Source: Rotaria socialis
Taxonomy: Eukaryota
Length of the DNA stretch: 63,084 bases
Direction of reading: 5' to 3'
NCBI GenBank assembly: GCA_905331295.1
Contig: CAJNYD010000011.1
Coordinates: 1-63,084 of the forward strand
Part shown: in pieces, positions 1-15,300 of the stretch
How the letters are laid out: the number at the start of each line of letters is the position of its first letter
How positions within the stretch are numbered: the stretch's first letter is position 1
The notes under the pieces: generated by a model
Told to the model about the DNA's origin: nothing
The model's database searches: none
What the model saw: the letters and a program-made list of their open reading frames with translations, nothing else
Translations under genes and position numbers: made by a program

Positions 1-1191
1 GCAACATATGTTTTACAATCCAAATAGATCAAAATGATCAGCTAATCGAGCTCTACTAATGCTGAACTTTTCACGTTGATAGAAAATACTATTGTATAAA
101 GTGGCATATTTCCCATGGAAACATCCAAAGTTATTCATTATAAATAGGAATCATTTGAGATCTGATTTTGCACTTGTTTACTATATAGTTTTGAGTCATA
201 TTTCTGTTAAATCTAAAGAACGTAATTAACAAGGAAAAGTAGACTTCGACTTTATGTGCAATGTTGTTGGTTGATTTGGCGATTGCTCTCAACTGTAATT
301 ATTTCTTTTCATTATGAGAATAGTATTTTTTTCCTTCTTTATTTTATTTTTCTTTGTTTCGTCTATCCAGGTATATATGTTGTTTTTCTCCATAAATATA
401 CAAGATACTCAGAGATAAAGAAAATATTCAGTGTTACCAATTGTCAATCGTAGTTGATTGCTTTAATAATCCTCAAACAAATAAACAAATGTGTTTCCAT
501 TATGTCTTATGCCGATACTACTTACGAGCATCGATTAAAATTCTTCAATAGCGACGCTTGTTTAGCACAATATTCTTCTACTAATTAGATTGGCTGACAT
601 ATTTTTGTTATCATATTAAACTTCTTATCATCAGATTGCTGACGTCCATCGCGCTTGTAATAGCATTTACGTCATCATAATAATAAAAAACAAAAACGAA
701 AAAAAAAAAGAATCTTTTTAATATCAACTAAAACAACGTAGATAAATTTAGAAGGGCACGTATTCATTTTATTATTATTTTTTTCCATTCAACTGGTAGC
801 AGGCATATATCGATATGCGTTAAAGTAACCAATGCATGTAGACTAATATAAGTCAGAAAAATCGTTCTATTTCTTTCTTTTTGTTTTTGTCAACAGTCGT
901 CGTTCATGATATTTATTTTCTCGAACTTGAATCAGAATAGAATTTATTTATTTGTAATTCACGGACACAACTAGGTAAGGTCAAAAGAAAAATAGAAAGA
1001 AAAAAAGAAAAAACATAGAAAAAGTACAACGCTAACGTTATTGTCATTACATATATAGATACGTCTTTATTAGTTATTCACACTTTAGATAGATACATTA
1101 CACAAAAGAAATCAGCATTCGTGGAGAGGTAATAGATACATCAATAGAAAAAATAATTTTTTATTATTATTTTCCAATTAGAAAATTCACA

Positions 1192-1773
1192 ATGTCCGAG
1201 CAAACGATTAATATTACGCAATTACTTAATACATTTCAATTATTCGATAAAAACAAAGATGGCAGCATTAGTTCGAGTGAAGTATGTTTATTTTAATATA
1301 TATTAAACCATAAAATATTTTTCTATTTAATTCGTTAGCTTCGATCAGCATGTGAAAAATTACATATGCCAATTAATGAATCAAAAATGACAGAACTATT
1401 TCAAAATCGTTCTAGTATAGCTTTTGAAGAATTTTGTCATGTAATGCAAGAGTATGGTCAATTTGCACAAGATGCTTATTTTCAAGAAACATTTCGTGCA
1501 TTTGACAAAAACTCTGATGGATTTATTACAGCAAAAGAAATTAAAAAGACCATGAAAGATCTTGGTGAACCATTAACCGATAAACAAGCAAAAGAAATGC
1601 TTAAAGCAGCCGACCTAAACGGCGATGGAAAATTATCTCAAGATGAATTTCGTCTTCTATTCAATCAAATAACTCAACATGCTGCAATTCTACCAAGAAC
1701 TCCATCGTCACCAATATCAACGAATGACTTAAAAAGACAATTCAGTTACGCATCAAAAAATCTAACTGAATGA
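1192..1773 (+). CDS. Calmodulin-like EF-hand protein (~174 aa, 2 coding exons)
   Basis: Exons 1192-1281 and 1339-1773 join across a GT-AG intron (1282-1338) in frame. EF-hand loops DKNKDGSISSSE, DKNSDGFITAKE and DLNGDGKLSQDE; the second EF-hand is degenerate; P/S-rich C-terminal extension. Too divergent to be true calmodulin. Confidence 0.9.
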
Positions 1774-2701
1774 TTGTTAAATAAAATTAAAATACTTTTT
1801 TTTTCTTTTTATAATATAATATATGTAGTCTACCCAGGTTATAATTTATTTAGTTGTGTGTAATTTTTTTGTTGTTAACCATACATATGTGTAAAATATG
1901 AGTAAGATATAACTCAATCTGTGTGTATATGTATATGTATGATGACGACAATAGAAAGACACTTTTAAAAAGCACAGTCAGTTATTTAAGACATTGAAAA
2001 CAAAAACAATACTAATTTTTAAAAAAGAGAGAAAGAACATTTTCAATGCAAAATCAAAATGAATTCAGCTGAGCAAAACCAAACAATAGCACTGAGAGAT
2101 ATTTCTAATGCTAAAGTAGTAAAATACACGCACACACACACACACGCACACACGCACGCACACCCTCAAACGAACAAGAAAAAAAGAACTGAAATAATGA
2201 AAAGAAAAGAAAAGAAAAGAAAAGGAGAGCAAAAGAAAGAGAAAGAGAGACAGCTCTATTGCACAAGTGAACAGCACGCCGCATGAGGATTAACAGAGAG
2301 ATCTTCATAACAAAAAGTAGCAACAAATACAATTTGCGTGCATAGCATATAAAATGGAAAAAAGAAAACACTTCTACTTTCTATTTTTATATAAATGAGA
2401 TGAAAGAAATTAAGAAGCAGAAAAGAACTCGATCGTAATAAAACAACAGTAAATAAAATATTCTATAAACTAAATTAAATAGAAGAAAAAGTGGAAGCAT
2501 TGTCCGTATTACGGCATTAGTCGCTTCTTGAATATGCATAGCACCCATAGATTCGTATTGTTTCGCTTGTATATTTCATTGACAAGAAATAATAGTAATT
2601 ATTATTTTTAACAATAAAAAAGAAGAAGTGTGCTAACCATCATCACCTATTCAAGAAGAATAACAAAATTTTAAAGGTAAAAGGTAATAATATTTATTTA
2701 C

Positions 2702-3279
2702 CTATGATTGTAGAACAAAATCTGACTTGGAAACGATGAACAAAGCACACATACGACAACAATGTTTAGAAAATAGATCTGGATTTAACGAGAATTATGA
2801 ATGAAGATAAAATTGATACGAATATGAATAGAAACAAAAATAGGCTAAGAAGAAAAAACGATCTAGTGTGAAAAAATAAAAACAATATTGAATTATTAAT
2901 CTTAACTATAATAACGTACATATTGTCATTCAGACCATTTGATCCAGAATGTTTTTTGTTTTATTTCAAATCATCATCGAAAAATCTAATAAATATTTAA
3001 ATCAAAATTTTCTTAAAATAATTTCTTTTATTTTTACCTGTACAAAATTTGGACAAAACTGATTGTGAGCAAAAATAATAATGGACAAGAATTTTTTGAT
3101 GATATACTGCTTAGCAAAGCCTGGATAAAATTAAATAAATAGAATATTATTAAATAAAATTAAGTCATATTTAAATAGTGTGAGAAAAAGAAAAGCAAAT
3201 TATGTAGCATTATTAATTCAAACAGTATATAATCTAAATATCTATGATAATCATATGTAATTATATTATATTTATGTAG

Positions 3280-3310
<31 letters not shown>

Positions 3311-6300
3311 TGAAAACAGACACACACGACACGTTCCTGGATATATAGAAATATATATGTATATAAGTGTTATAAGGGGTATGTGGAAATTTCGAAATAA
3401 TTATTCATAACGACAATTTTGTACAATACAACATAGAAATACAATAATGATATATTTAAACTAGGTTGTATGTACGTTAAATACAGCAAGAATAATAGAT
3501 ATATATATATATATATGCTGGTAAACAAATAAATACAGATTAAATGTTACCTCTTTGTACTTTGACTAATATCAAATACTAAATATATCAATAGGAATAA
3601 TTATGTAGAAGATAAAAGCAAAACAATTTTTATAATAACTTACAGAATCCATAACAATCGATACGTGTAACAGGCTTATGTGGAATACAAAAACGATCAT
3701 TTACCGGTGCAGATGTTTGTTTATTTTTACAATAAACATTACGAGTTTGTTCACCTCGACTACATTCCGATGAACACTAGAAAAGAATTTTAATTAATAT
3801 ATAACTAAGAACACTATTGAAAATAAAAAATCAATTACTTGTAACCATGGTTCCACATGCCATAAATATGGACTTTCGCAATCGCCCATATTACACGATA
3901 TTCGAGTCGTTGGTGCTCGATATGGATCACATTTATTTGAATGTTTATTTAACATCAAATATCCATTATTATTTACTTCATGACACGATACACTTCGATA
4001 TTCAATACCCGCACCACAAATCGATGAACACTAAAATAAAACAGTAGATTCCTCGATAAGAAATTTTCTTATTTTCTTTTAATTTACCGATGACCATGCA
4101 CTTGTTGCCCACATAGGTGAACATGCAACTTGAAAACATTGTTGTACACGATTTGGTTGAGGTATATGTCGACAATAACGATTATTTAGTATTCGATCAT
4201 CAGTGATACCCAAGCATCGAATTCTACGGTATTGTTCACCAACACCACATGATACGTTACACTAAAACAAACAAAAAATAGGATCAGAAAATTAGAATCT
4301 TAAATTAAAAATAGTTACCGATGACCATGGACCAACATCCCATCGACGACCACGACGTCGTTTTATATTGAACGAACTTGGTAAACATGGTTCACTATTG
4401 CAAATACGTCGTGTTTGTGGTCGAATGGTATCATTACACAATTGATCATTCACTATTTGTTGAGTATCATTTACAATTGAAACGCATTGAGGAATGTTTT
4501 CTTCGTAGCCCCCATTACACAATGCCGAACACTATTAGAAGAAAAACATGAGCCCCATGAAAATTTTGTTTTCTCTTTTTCTTTAACAAAAGAAAAGACA
4601 TACTGGAGTCCATTGCCGTGTTTGAATCCATTCATAACAAGGACCATTTGTACATATTTCATCTGTTATTGGTCTTACTAAATTTCGTCGATTATTCATA
4701 CAAAAACGATTAGGTATTTGTTTCCCAGTTAATTTTCGGTGACATGTTATCTGTCGAGTTCTTTTGCCTGAACCGCATTTGGCGTCGCACTGTTAGATAT
4801 ATATATACAAAAACCATAGGGATGGTGGAAAAACAGAAACTATTGTTGTTGTTTTTTTAATATTGTGACAGTCGGGTATATATGTACATATGCGTGTTAT
4901 AAATATTGACAACATACAGATTAGGATGAAAAGCACATTTGTAATTTGTGTTCTTCTCGTCGAAATCTGCTTTAATACGATAGTGGTATGAGAGAGAGAG
5001 AGAGAGATAGAGAGAAAGAGAGAGAGAGAAAGAAAGAAAGAGAAAGAGAGAGAAAAAGAACATCAAATCCAAGTAAATGATGAAGAAAGATACATATATA
5101 TTGATACATGTATATTTTGAGTTATATATTTGAACGTGTGTCTGTGTGTCTGTATTCGTGCACATGCACGTCAATTTAAAAAAAAAGAATAATTCATTTA
5201 GAATTATTTTTTCATTCAAACACCCAAGCTTTAATATATCTACGAGAGATTATTCATTAAAAGAGCCCAATAAATGAAAGCGCATGCTGTCTATTCTAGC
5301 AGAAAACCCAAAGCTTGACTACTGGCTTTCTATGTATTTACCTCTGACCAACTGCTTGTTCGCCATTCTATACAACGTCGACGGCATACTCGTCTTGCAA
5401 CAGGTTTAGGCAAATGAGGTTCAGCTAATTCACATTCACTTGCATTTAATTTACGTATCGGAATCTGACGAGTAAAGCAATCAAGACCAAAACCAATTTC
5501 AATACCACGACCACATTTAACCGAACACTAAATCCAACGAATGAAAAGTATATATATGCGTATATTAACATTGATTTCTATTGTAAACTTACGCCATTCC
5601 AATGAGCTACGCGCCATTCTACACAGGCTGATGTTGGACATACTCGATTTAATAATGGTTGAGGTTGATTTTTTGTACATTCCCATGTTGGTGACAGTTG
5701 ACCAGTCATTGAATCAATACACCGAGTAGTTCGTGTTTGTATACACGTATTAAGATCACACTAAAATAGATAAGAAAAACATTAATTAGCTCATTGAAAC
5801 TGAAATTATATATATATTTCTATTTTTAAATAACAAACCTGTGCCCATTCACTTGGTATCCATATTGTGGATGATTGCAAAAAATCATTATTTTTAATAG
5901 AACCCAATGGACAAGTTAGCATATGGCACTGAATAGTGGTTGCCGGCCTGTTAAGACCATTACATTTTTCTGGTGAAACCATTTCTTCTCGATTTTTACA
6001 CATCACTAAACGTTTCTGAACACCAGAACCACATGTTACCGAACACTATCATAGTCAAAATAAAAAATAAAATAAAAAAATTTTTAAAATACTAATGAAT
6101 TTTACCGATGACCACGGTTCTGTACTCCACAAGGGACAAACTTCTAAATCACAAGTTTCATATTCAATAGGTTTTCTTGGTAAATGTGCGCAATGTTTGT
6201 CATCATAAGGCATTTTTGTTAGAGCATTCGTACAATGAACTTGTCGTAAACGCCGTCCAATTCCACATGTTACGCTACACTAAAAAAATTGAAATCAAAA

Positions 6301-9300
6301 ACTTAATTTCCTTCGACAATTTCTTTAATCTTTTTATTTACTGCTCCAAATTGTTTCACATCCCAAATAAATGATGATGAACTTTCTATAGAATTTAGTG
6401 GTCGTATATTTTGACAAATCGTACTATTCCACGTATGACATGCTTGTAATTCCAATGGACGTCTTGTTTCATCGCAATGTATATTTAATAATGTTTCATG
6501 TCCTTGTCGACAAACAACTTGTCGATATTGCATACCGGATGCACACATCGGACCCGAACACTAATATAAACAATGAAAAAACAACGACATGCATTCATAA
6601 AATACGTTCATAGAAATTTTAATTTACCTCCGACCACATTCCAATTGCCCAATCAGGACAATAGACGTCTCTGGTACACATTTCTGTGGTTGATGGTTTT
6701 TCATTATCAAGTTGTAAACAATAATTATCGTCAAGTTCACGTCCATTATGTGAGCACCATATACGTCGATGGCGCTCGGCTGCATCACATTTTCCGGAAC
6801 ATTTATTCCATGGGCTTATTTGCCATTCAGGACAATCGGTAATAGAACAATTCTGTTGTTGACTTGGTCTTACGTTATCACCTAGTAATGTTAAACAATC
6901 ACTATCGGGTATTCGAACCCAAGGACGTGATGGATCATCACAATAAACACTACGCTGCTGAATACCGATCCCACATGTTGCTGAACACTAATAAAATAAA
7001 ATGAAACAAATTTGGTTTTTTTTATGTTTTCGTTGAAATTATTCATTTACATCAGCCCATGGTCCTGCTGACCAACGTATTGTGGAACAAAGAACACTAC
7101 TTAATGAAGTACATGCTTGCTGCTCGACGGGCATGGGTTGTGGACATTTTGATTTATCCATAGGTCGAGCATCTTGATGGCATTGTACAGTACGTCGTTG
7201 AATACCTGTTCCACATGTAACAGAACACTGAAAATAAAAGAATAAAAAAAATTGAACAATTAAATTTTCTATTTGAAATACATACAGGTGACCATTCACT
7301 CAAAGACCATGTTGTACAACTAACATTTGTTGTACACCATTCTTGTTCAATTGGTTTTGATCGCCGATCACAATAATCATCAGGTACTATTGAACCATGA
7401 TGCGAACAAATAATACGACGGCGATGAATGCCTTTATGTAATGAACATGTTGCCGTACACTATTAGAAATAAAAAAACGTTTGAAAACAAAAAAGAATGA
7501 AATTCATTAAAATAATTAATTCAATATTTACAGGTTCCCATGGCTGTGTTTGCCAATGTGGTGTACGACATTCATCATAGCATGCAACTGTTGTTTCGGG
7601 TTTCGGTTCATGAATACATTCTCGATCATGTACTGTTTGACCAAGACGAACACATGTTACACTTCTTTGACGTAGTTGTAAACTACAATCACACTAAATA
7701 AGTCGAGAAACAAAATTATGATATGGTTAATAATAAAATTTTGAAGACATACATCCGTCCATGAAGTAAAATTCCATCGAGATTGATCACAAGCTGATTC
7801 GACACATCGTTCAGTATTGAAAATAAAATCGGATACACAATAATGAGATGATGTTGGTAAATTTGATGCATTGTAGCATTCAGCTGTACGCTTACGTAAA
7901 CAACCACCATCATAATGACACTATGAAAATGAATAATAGCTTGTTAAGAAGAACCGAAAATTTATGCGAAAAACTTTACGTACTTCACCCCATTGCCCGT
8001 AAACCCAACCAGTACCCGTACAATCACCAACACATGAAACAACATCTTTCGGTTTTTCTCCAACATGTTTTCGACAAATATCTTCATCCATAGGTTCCAT
8101 AGTTCGTTCTGTATAACTCGTTTTTGTACACTCGTAAATTACACGTTTATATCCATCACTACATCGAGTTGAACATGCTTGTTGATATCGTGTAGTCCAA
8201 CTTAAATATTCGATAATTTTTCTTTTTATTATCTAAATTTTAATTCAATAAAAACTTTACCTTAAAACGCAATCATCATTACAACGTTCTTTTTCATATG
8301 TATAGGGTGTTTTATAAGTTGAACAATAGATTAAATCATATTCACGTCTATGTATAATACATTTTCGGACTTGTTTAAAACCTTGACATGGTCGATCACA
8401 ATGAAAATCTGATGATTCATCTCCGTGTTGTTGTGCTAATTCACCTTCTTCAAGTGGAGAATAATATTCCCATATAACTAAAGTAGCTGGTGCACCAGCC
8501 TGATAAATTGATATGACTTGAATTTCTAATGGAACTTTAAGATGGCCAGTTATTAGAACTGTTTCGTTGCCCGAGTCAGATCCCGTATAAAAAAGTGTTG
8601 CACCGCCAATACGAATTTTAACATTATATAATTGAAGGCTATGCATTCCATTAAGAACATATGTTCCATTGATATGTTTTACAGCTAGGAAAAAAGTAAC
8701 AGATTATCACCAAAACTTAAAGCTAATCATTTGTTTACCTAAATAATAACGATCATTGCCTGATGATATTTGTGTGACAATTACACGTGTTGTGTTAATA
8801 GGTATATCAATAATATTTGTTATGCCTAACAATAAAATAAAATTGCTGATAACTTCTAACAAAAGGCAATGAAAAAGATCTATCACAAACCAAAATCTGA
8901 AACCATTTTTCGTCCATTAGTTGGTTTGCATGTTCGATTTTGACCATTGCATACACCGCAAACATCTTCGGTAGCATTTGATGCGTATTTATGATCGCAA
9001 CCAATAGGCATGCAAACGCCACTAATACAAATATCTCTTGTTTCATCTTCGCGTCCACACGGGGTTCCATCTTCAACACGATCGCCAAGAACAAAAGATC
9101 GTTCGAGCCGATCATCCGATACTTTACAAATTAATTTGCATCTTTCACTTGGTAATACTAGATTGAAAGAAGCGAAAAATAAAATAAAATAAAATAAATG
9201 CACTCAAAACCTAGAGAAACTTGTATGTCAAGTAACAAAAGATGATTAGTTCGTTTTCTTCCATTCTGCATTCTCTTGACATTAAAGTCTCTCACAGAAA

Positions 9301-12300
9301 ATATTTTCATATATTCGAAAAACATTTCGATGCCAGCAACAACGATTATTATATACGAGAAAAAAACAAGTCAGGTAAAAGCGAAAAAGAAGCACAAAGC
9401 AACCATTGACTAACATATGACTTGATTATTTCTCGAAAAAATTCTAATACTTAAGTTCGCCAGTCAGTTTATTATTATTTTTCAACTTACCATTGTATTT
9501 TGGCTCAAATCGTACACCAACTGGTAGCAATGGGTCAATAGTGCGATTATTAAAGATAGAGCATTGGCGCTGACGAAACATATCAACAGGATCTTTACAA
9601 GGCTAAAGAAAATTGAGAGAAAAAGAAACGTTAGCGAAATAAGCTCGAGACAAACAAATGTTATTTACTGGATTATTTTCACATGATCGTATTCGTGTCG
9701 ATTGACCCGAACAATATTGACCACCATTTTCTGGCCTTCGAAATCAAAATGAAATTCATTGAAATTGAAGAACCATTAAAATAAGATTCAATTACCTTGG
9801 ATTGTCACAAAAACGTTGTGATTTTTGTACGGCACTACCACATGTTCGTGTGCATGGTGACCATGATGACCATTCACCCCAATTTCCATTTATTACTTGA
9901 AGATCTTGAGTGCTTCGACATTGTCCACGAACACAGCGCTAAAAAAATAGTATCCATAAATAATTATTAATGTTATGATCAATTCTATTTGAAGTCCTTG
10001 AGGTATCATAAAGCGTCTTGTTTTTCTGCATATTTTTTTGGCCTTGTCAAAAAAAATAGTATACGTCTGTGCACCAACAAATCAAATAGAAATGCATATT
10101 ATTCATTATATTGAAGTGTGCATGAAACGACTCAACATAAATCGATTTGATTATCAATCACAAGAACCAAGACAGAATAATGGTCATTAAGGTATGTTAT
10201 GGTTTGCTTCTTACTTTCGTTTCTGTCCTTGGTTCAGAACATAAGGTTCCATCAGACCAATGCGCATGATTAGTTATGCATGATGATGAATTTGAGGACA
10301 TTTCTCGACAATAAAGACGATTACATTTTGGCTAGAATAGAATAATTTGTTCAATAATAGTTGAAAATGAGAATATAATTGATAGTTACTCCGTGCATTA
10401 AAACTTGACAGTATTCGAAATTAACACCAAATGCTCGACGACATTGATCATTGAGATCACTAAAACGACCAGGCAATTCACGGGCTGTTTGTTCATTATT
10501 CAAACGCTCGAATGATTCTGATTTATAGTCAGGTATATTATTTAAACATCGATATCGATCAGACCTTGAAATAAAAATAAATATTAGATTTAGAAACTTG
10601 CGTCTATTGATAACGCATTAGACAGGAATATAAAAGTGAAACAAAAAATAATCTTTGTCCTTGTCATGTCAGAGGTTTTCAACATGAAATTTTTAAGCCA
10701 CTGTTACTTATCATTGTGATAGATAATAGCGATAGTGGATATACATCAAGCACTTCGAGCTCCGACACTATTTTTTCAACAGACTACCACAATCTATAGC
10801 ATCTATGCAGTCATATGCACGTTTCTTAACTTACGTGTGCGGACGATCGTGATAGAAACCTTACAAGATTCGATCAAACTCAGGTTTGGAAAGTTTTTAT
10901 TTTTTATTAGAATGTCTGAATTCAGTCAGCGTTTCGATCTTTTTCTTTACTAAATTATACTTAGAACATTAAAGTCGTATTTTTTCAGTTGGCATAAGCA
11001 AAATTTACGTTGCTCAGCTGATCATAGATTTTCATGGAAAACAGCAAGACGATAACTCAATGATGAATAGTTTATTTTAGTATAGGAGTCAATTTTAGAT
11101 CTCCTCACTGCTTTAGAAATCGCATAAAATGTTAAGGATACTATTTAACTCTAGAGAAATCAACAAGTTACTATTTTCAGTCTTATACTATTAGTAACAT
11201 TTTCGAGAGCTACTAAGTCAAATGTGGCCAACAGTTTAGTTTAGTTTTCGTTTTTGTTTTTGTTTAAAAGAGCATATCCGAGCATTTTCATTTAATTCTT
11301 AATTTATTTAAAACAAGAAAAGCGTTGAAAGGGTCCATATAATAAAAAAAATTGCCAAAAATAAAATTTACTCTCTTGTTCTAATAGTACACTTCAATTT
11401 AACAGCAAATTAGCATAACTCAAATAAGGCATCATTCTATGTTCTGTGGCGTCACATTTTATTCTAAACAAAGCAAAAGCTGTAGGCTACAATGAAGGTC
11501 TTTCAATAGATCCACGATGCATAATCGAAAAAGTGCTACTAGTTTGTAAAACATATTAGACGTTTGACTATAGCCCTATAGATTTGTCATTAGTTTTATT
11601 TTTCTTTAAGAACATATATGCTTCATGCAGGCAGAGTGAATATGTATTTTTTTTTCAAAAATTTGTTTGGCTTCACATTTTATTTATTTATGATAAGTGT
11701 ATGAAATCAGCTTCGTTGAACGTATGTAATTTATTTATAAAGAGTTTTTTATTATTATTATTGTTAAACAGTAATCTGAAATGTTTGTCTTAAAACTATT
11801 TTCATCTAGAAATGTCATATATCATAGATTTTATGAAGACTTCTTATTTTGAAGCTATGCACTTCTCTAAATACTTTCGTGATTCTTTAGAGTAGTCTTA
11901 AAAAGTCTTTGTTGTTTAATATAGTTCATAGCAGAGATGTGCAAAATTTGATTTTTACTTCTTGTATGATTGGATTTTAGATGGAAACTCGGCTAAATCC
12001 AAAGAATGCATCCATATCTTGAAACTACAAGATATGGTAATGTCGAATATTGAAACTCGGTATATAAGCTAGACTCTATTAGAACTAGAGATCGAAGTAG
12101 TGTCAAGGTAAAATTTTCCAAGGTTTGAATATTTTACGAATGTTTCTAACACATAAACATCTTAAAAATTCAATAACCCTCTCTGAGATATCCGTATGAA
12201 ATGATTTCTTCAGGGAATATTAATTAGAATACCAAATAATATTTATAGATAGAAAGGAAATGATCAAAATCAGAAAAGAGCATCTCTGGAGAATTTTCCT

Positions 12301-15300
12301 CGTCAGCCAATCAAATATAAATCACAAATTGATATTTGTTTTTTTCTATTTCTTTCGCTCTCGCTATCTGATGAAATGTAGGAAGATTTGAAAACGTACT
12401 CTAAATATTGATTAAAATAATGACGACTGCAATTTGACCATTTATAATGATTATGATTAAATGTTAACGAAGTAGCCATAATATTTTGTTCTGTAGTATG
12501 ATCTAGACATGCTTTATCATTATCATGTCGAATACCGAATCTAAATCAATATAAAGAAGATTAATTTGAATAGAAAAACAAATATTTTTTCTCTTTTTGC
12601 GTACTCAAAAAGTGAGTACACTCTAGAATCGGTCAGTGTGTCCGGTCGACCGGCTGGCCGTCCGTAGGCTCGATAACTTTTGAAAGGAGAGTCAGATCGT
12701 GATGAAATTTTCCACACAGTTCAATCTCATGAATATCTCGGTCGAGTTCGAAGATGAGAAGGATTCCTCAAGAAATGGTTGAGTTATCGAAAAAATTGTC
12801 ATTTTTGACCANTTCAAAAAACAAATTTTTCTCAGAATTATTCACAACATATATAAATCGACTCAGTTTTTAACGCTGATTCCGAATCTGATATTAGTTT
12901 TGAACTAAATCATAGCTTTCTAGCGAAACATCGCCTGAAAACGTCTCAAAATGCACAAAAACTGTATCCAGAAATCAAATTGCCTAGTTTCTCATGATAA
13001 TTTTGGTGTTCAGACATTCTAGAATGACTCATATGTTCCATGCACTTTTTGCAGTACACATAACTCTCGGATGAAATCCGAAGTTTCCACATTTATTTCA
13101 CTTACAAATGAGCAATTTCATGAGCAATAGTAAACGCAGTAGCAAATCCATTATCACGTACAACAGCACAGTTCGATGTAAAATTACACATTGTACCTAA
13201 TTCAGTTAATCCTAATGTGTCACATTTGCTATCAGTTACATTTTTAGAGCGTTTATTGCATAAAGGTGTTCTAATGAGAAAAAAATGAAAAATAATAATT
13301 AGAAAGACATTTTGTTTTCTGTCATGAAAAACGCACCTTGTAAGAAGAACAGCTGCATCGTATGTACCCGGAGTATTATAATCTTTTTGCCATTTACAAA
13401 ATCTACCTAATATATCAGCTGCATCATCACTAGATTTGATGTATTCCTAATTAAGAGATATAAATAAATAAATAAATAAAAATATTATTGATATATCAAA
13501 ATATTCTTACAGTAATATCTGGTCCTAAATCGACTAATTTAACAAGCCATATTTTGATATTATTACCAATGCTTGCATCAGAATATAGATGTGACACCTT
13601 AATTGAAAAGATTTTTAATATTAATAAGTTTTATTTTAACTAAAAAAGAAAAACTTACATAGCTAAAAAGTGTGAGAATGTATGATTTGATATCAGCATC
13701 TGAATGGAATTCTTTTATTGATTGATCATAAGCAACAAGTACTTCAACATGTTTAGCCATAGGATCGAAATCAAATTGACGTTTAGCTCGGCGTTTTACA
13801 TGATGATTATTATTCTTATGAGTAGAATCATTTAATAAATTATTAATCGAGGGATTTGCAAAGGAAGATTTGGAAGAAAAATTTTTGGAAGAGGCTTTAT
13901 TTTTATATCGTCGCAATCGTTGTTTTGAGGATCGATGGTAATGAGGATAGGCTTGATATTTTTCAAAATATGGTTCACCTACATAGAAATATTTCAAATA
14001 GATTCACATCGATCAACAACTGATTATTTACCAGTAACAGGACATCGTACTGTTTGATTATCATCGTTCGATGATAATATCGAATCTTTATGTGTATAAA
14101 ATAGATGTTCGAAATTCCATTGAGTATCATTCTCGTGATGTTTTGGTTCAATAAAATATTCTGTATCCTTATACAAAAATGTGCCCAACTAAAAGTAGTT
14201 TTAAAAGAAATCATTAAGTAGTTTTTATGTACTATTGATAAGTAATATTTTTGTAGAAGAGAAACCTTGAATAAGTATTATTGTATGTTTCCTTTTCTAT
14301 TCAGGAAAAAAAACACTCCTTTTTATACGAACCCTTATCAAGCCTTTAGACATATTTAAATGGTTTCGTAATATTTATCCTAGAAAGAAGATACTTTTTG
14401 GGGTTTCTTATGCAAGCATTTTTATTTGTAAAGTTTAGAATAACATCATTCAAAAACGTCATCTACGAAAATACTATTACAGATTGTTCGAGATTTTTTC
14501 CGTCTTCTTGCTAGTAAACAAGATTCCTATTTTAAAATTTAATGTATACTCTGATAGAATCAATAAATCATCTTCTTTCAATGAGAATAGAGAATGAAAT
14601 ATTGTCAACATCTTGTCTACTATCATGTCTGTCAGTATGGAATAATTTATGCATTGATTGATAAAAAACAATATTTTTGTTTTTAGCAACAATATTATCT
14701 CACATATGCTTTTATTATCAATAGAATGATACATACCAAGCCATGACATAAACTAATTGATGCAGATGATAAAGGATTTCGATTGACATAACCCTTATAG
14801 AAGCAATGTTCAATATCTTTGGTTGTCCAAGTACGATCATGATCAAAATATTGTGTAATAAAAGATGGTGCTAGAAAAGTTTCGTCTTCAACTAAGCTTA
14901 AATCAAATGTTCGATTAAAGCCATGAATACGATAATATACTGTCTTATTATTTTGATCAATAGTAAATGTTTCTGATGAACGCTTATGGCGACGAATAGC
15001 TGAGGTAAGACTTGTTTGATCGTTATCTCTTAATCGAGTTTTCCAGTCAGGTACGAATGAAAATGATCTTGATAATCGTAACGATCGGGGAATGACAATT
15101 TCATAGGTGAACTGTTCTTGCTCGACCACGTCTAAAGAAAAATCAAATAATTTAATTTGTTATTTTTCCGGAGAATTAATCGATTGTTCCGATCATCAAT
15201 TGGTAAATGAAACAACAACAACAACAACAACAACAACAAAACAATTTTTGCATTCTGAAATGCCGTGAGATTTTCTTCCATAGAGATACTTCTATTTTTA

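Noticed and set aside
1..500. Possible gene fragment at the window start
   Set aside because: The frames examined close quickly and no motif was recognised.
2059..2371. Overlapping ORFs on both strands
   Set aside because: Products of (CA)n and (GAAAA)n microsatellites in a UTR or intergenic region; no coding signature.
3817..9192. Many short plus-strand ORFs
   Set aside because: Antisense shadows of ADAMTS exons.
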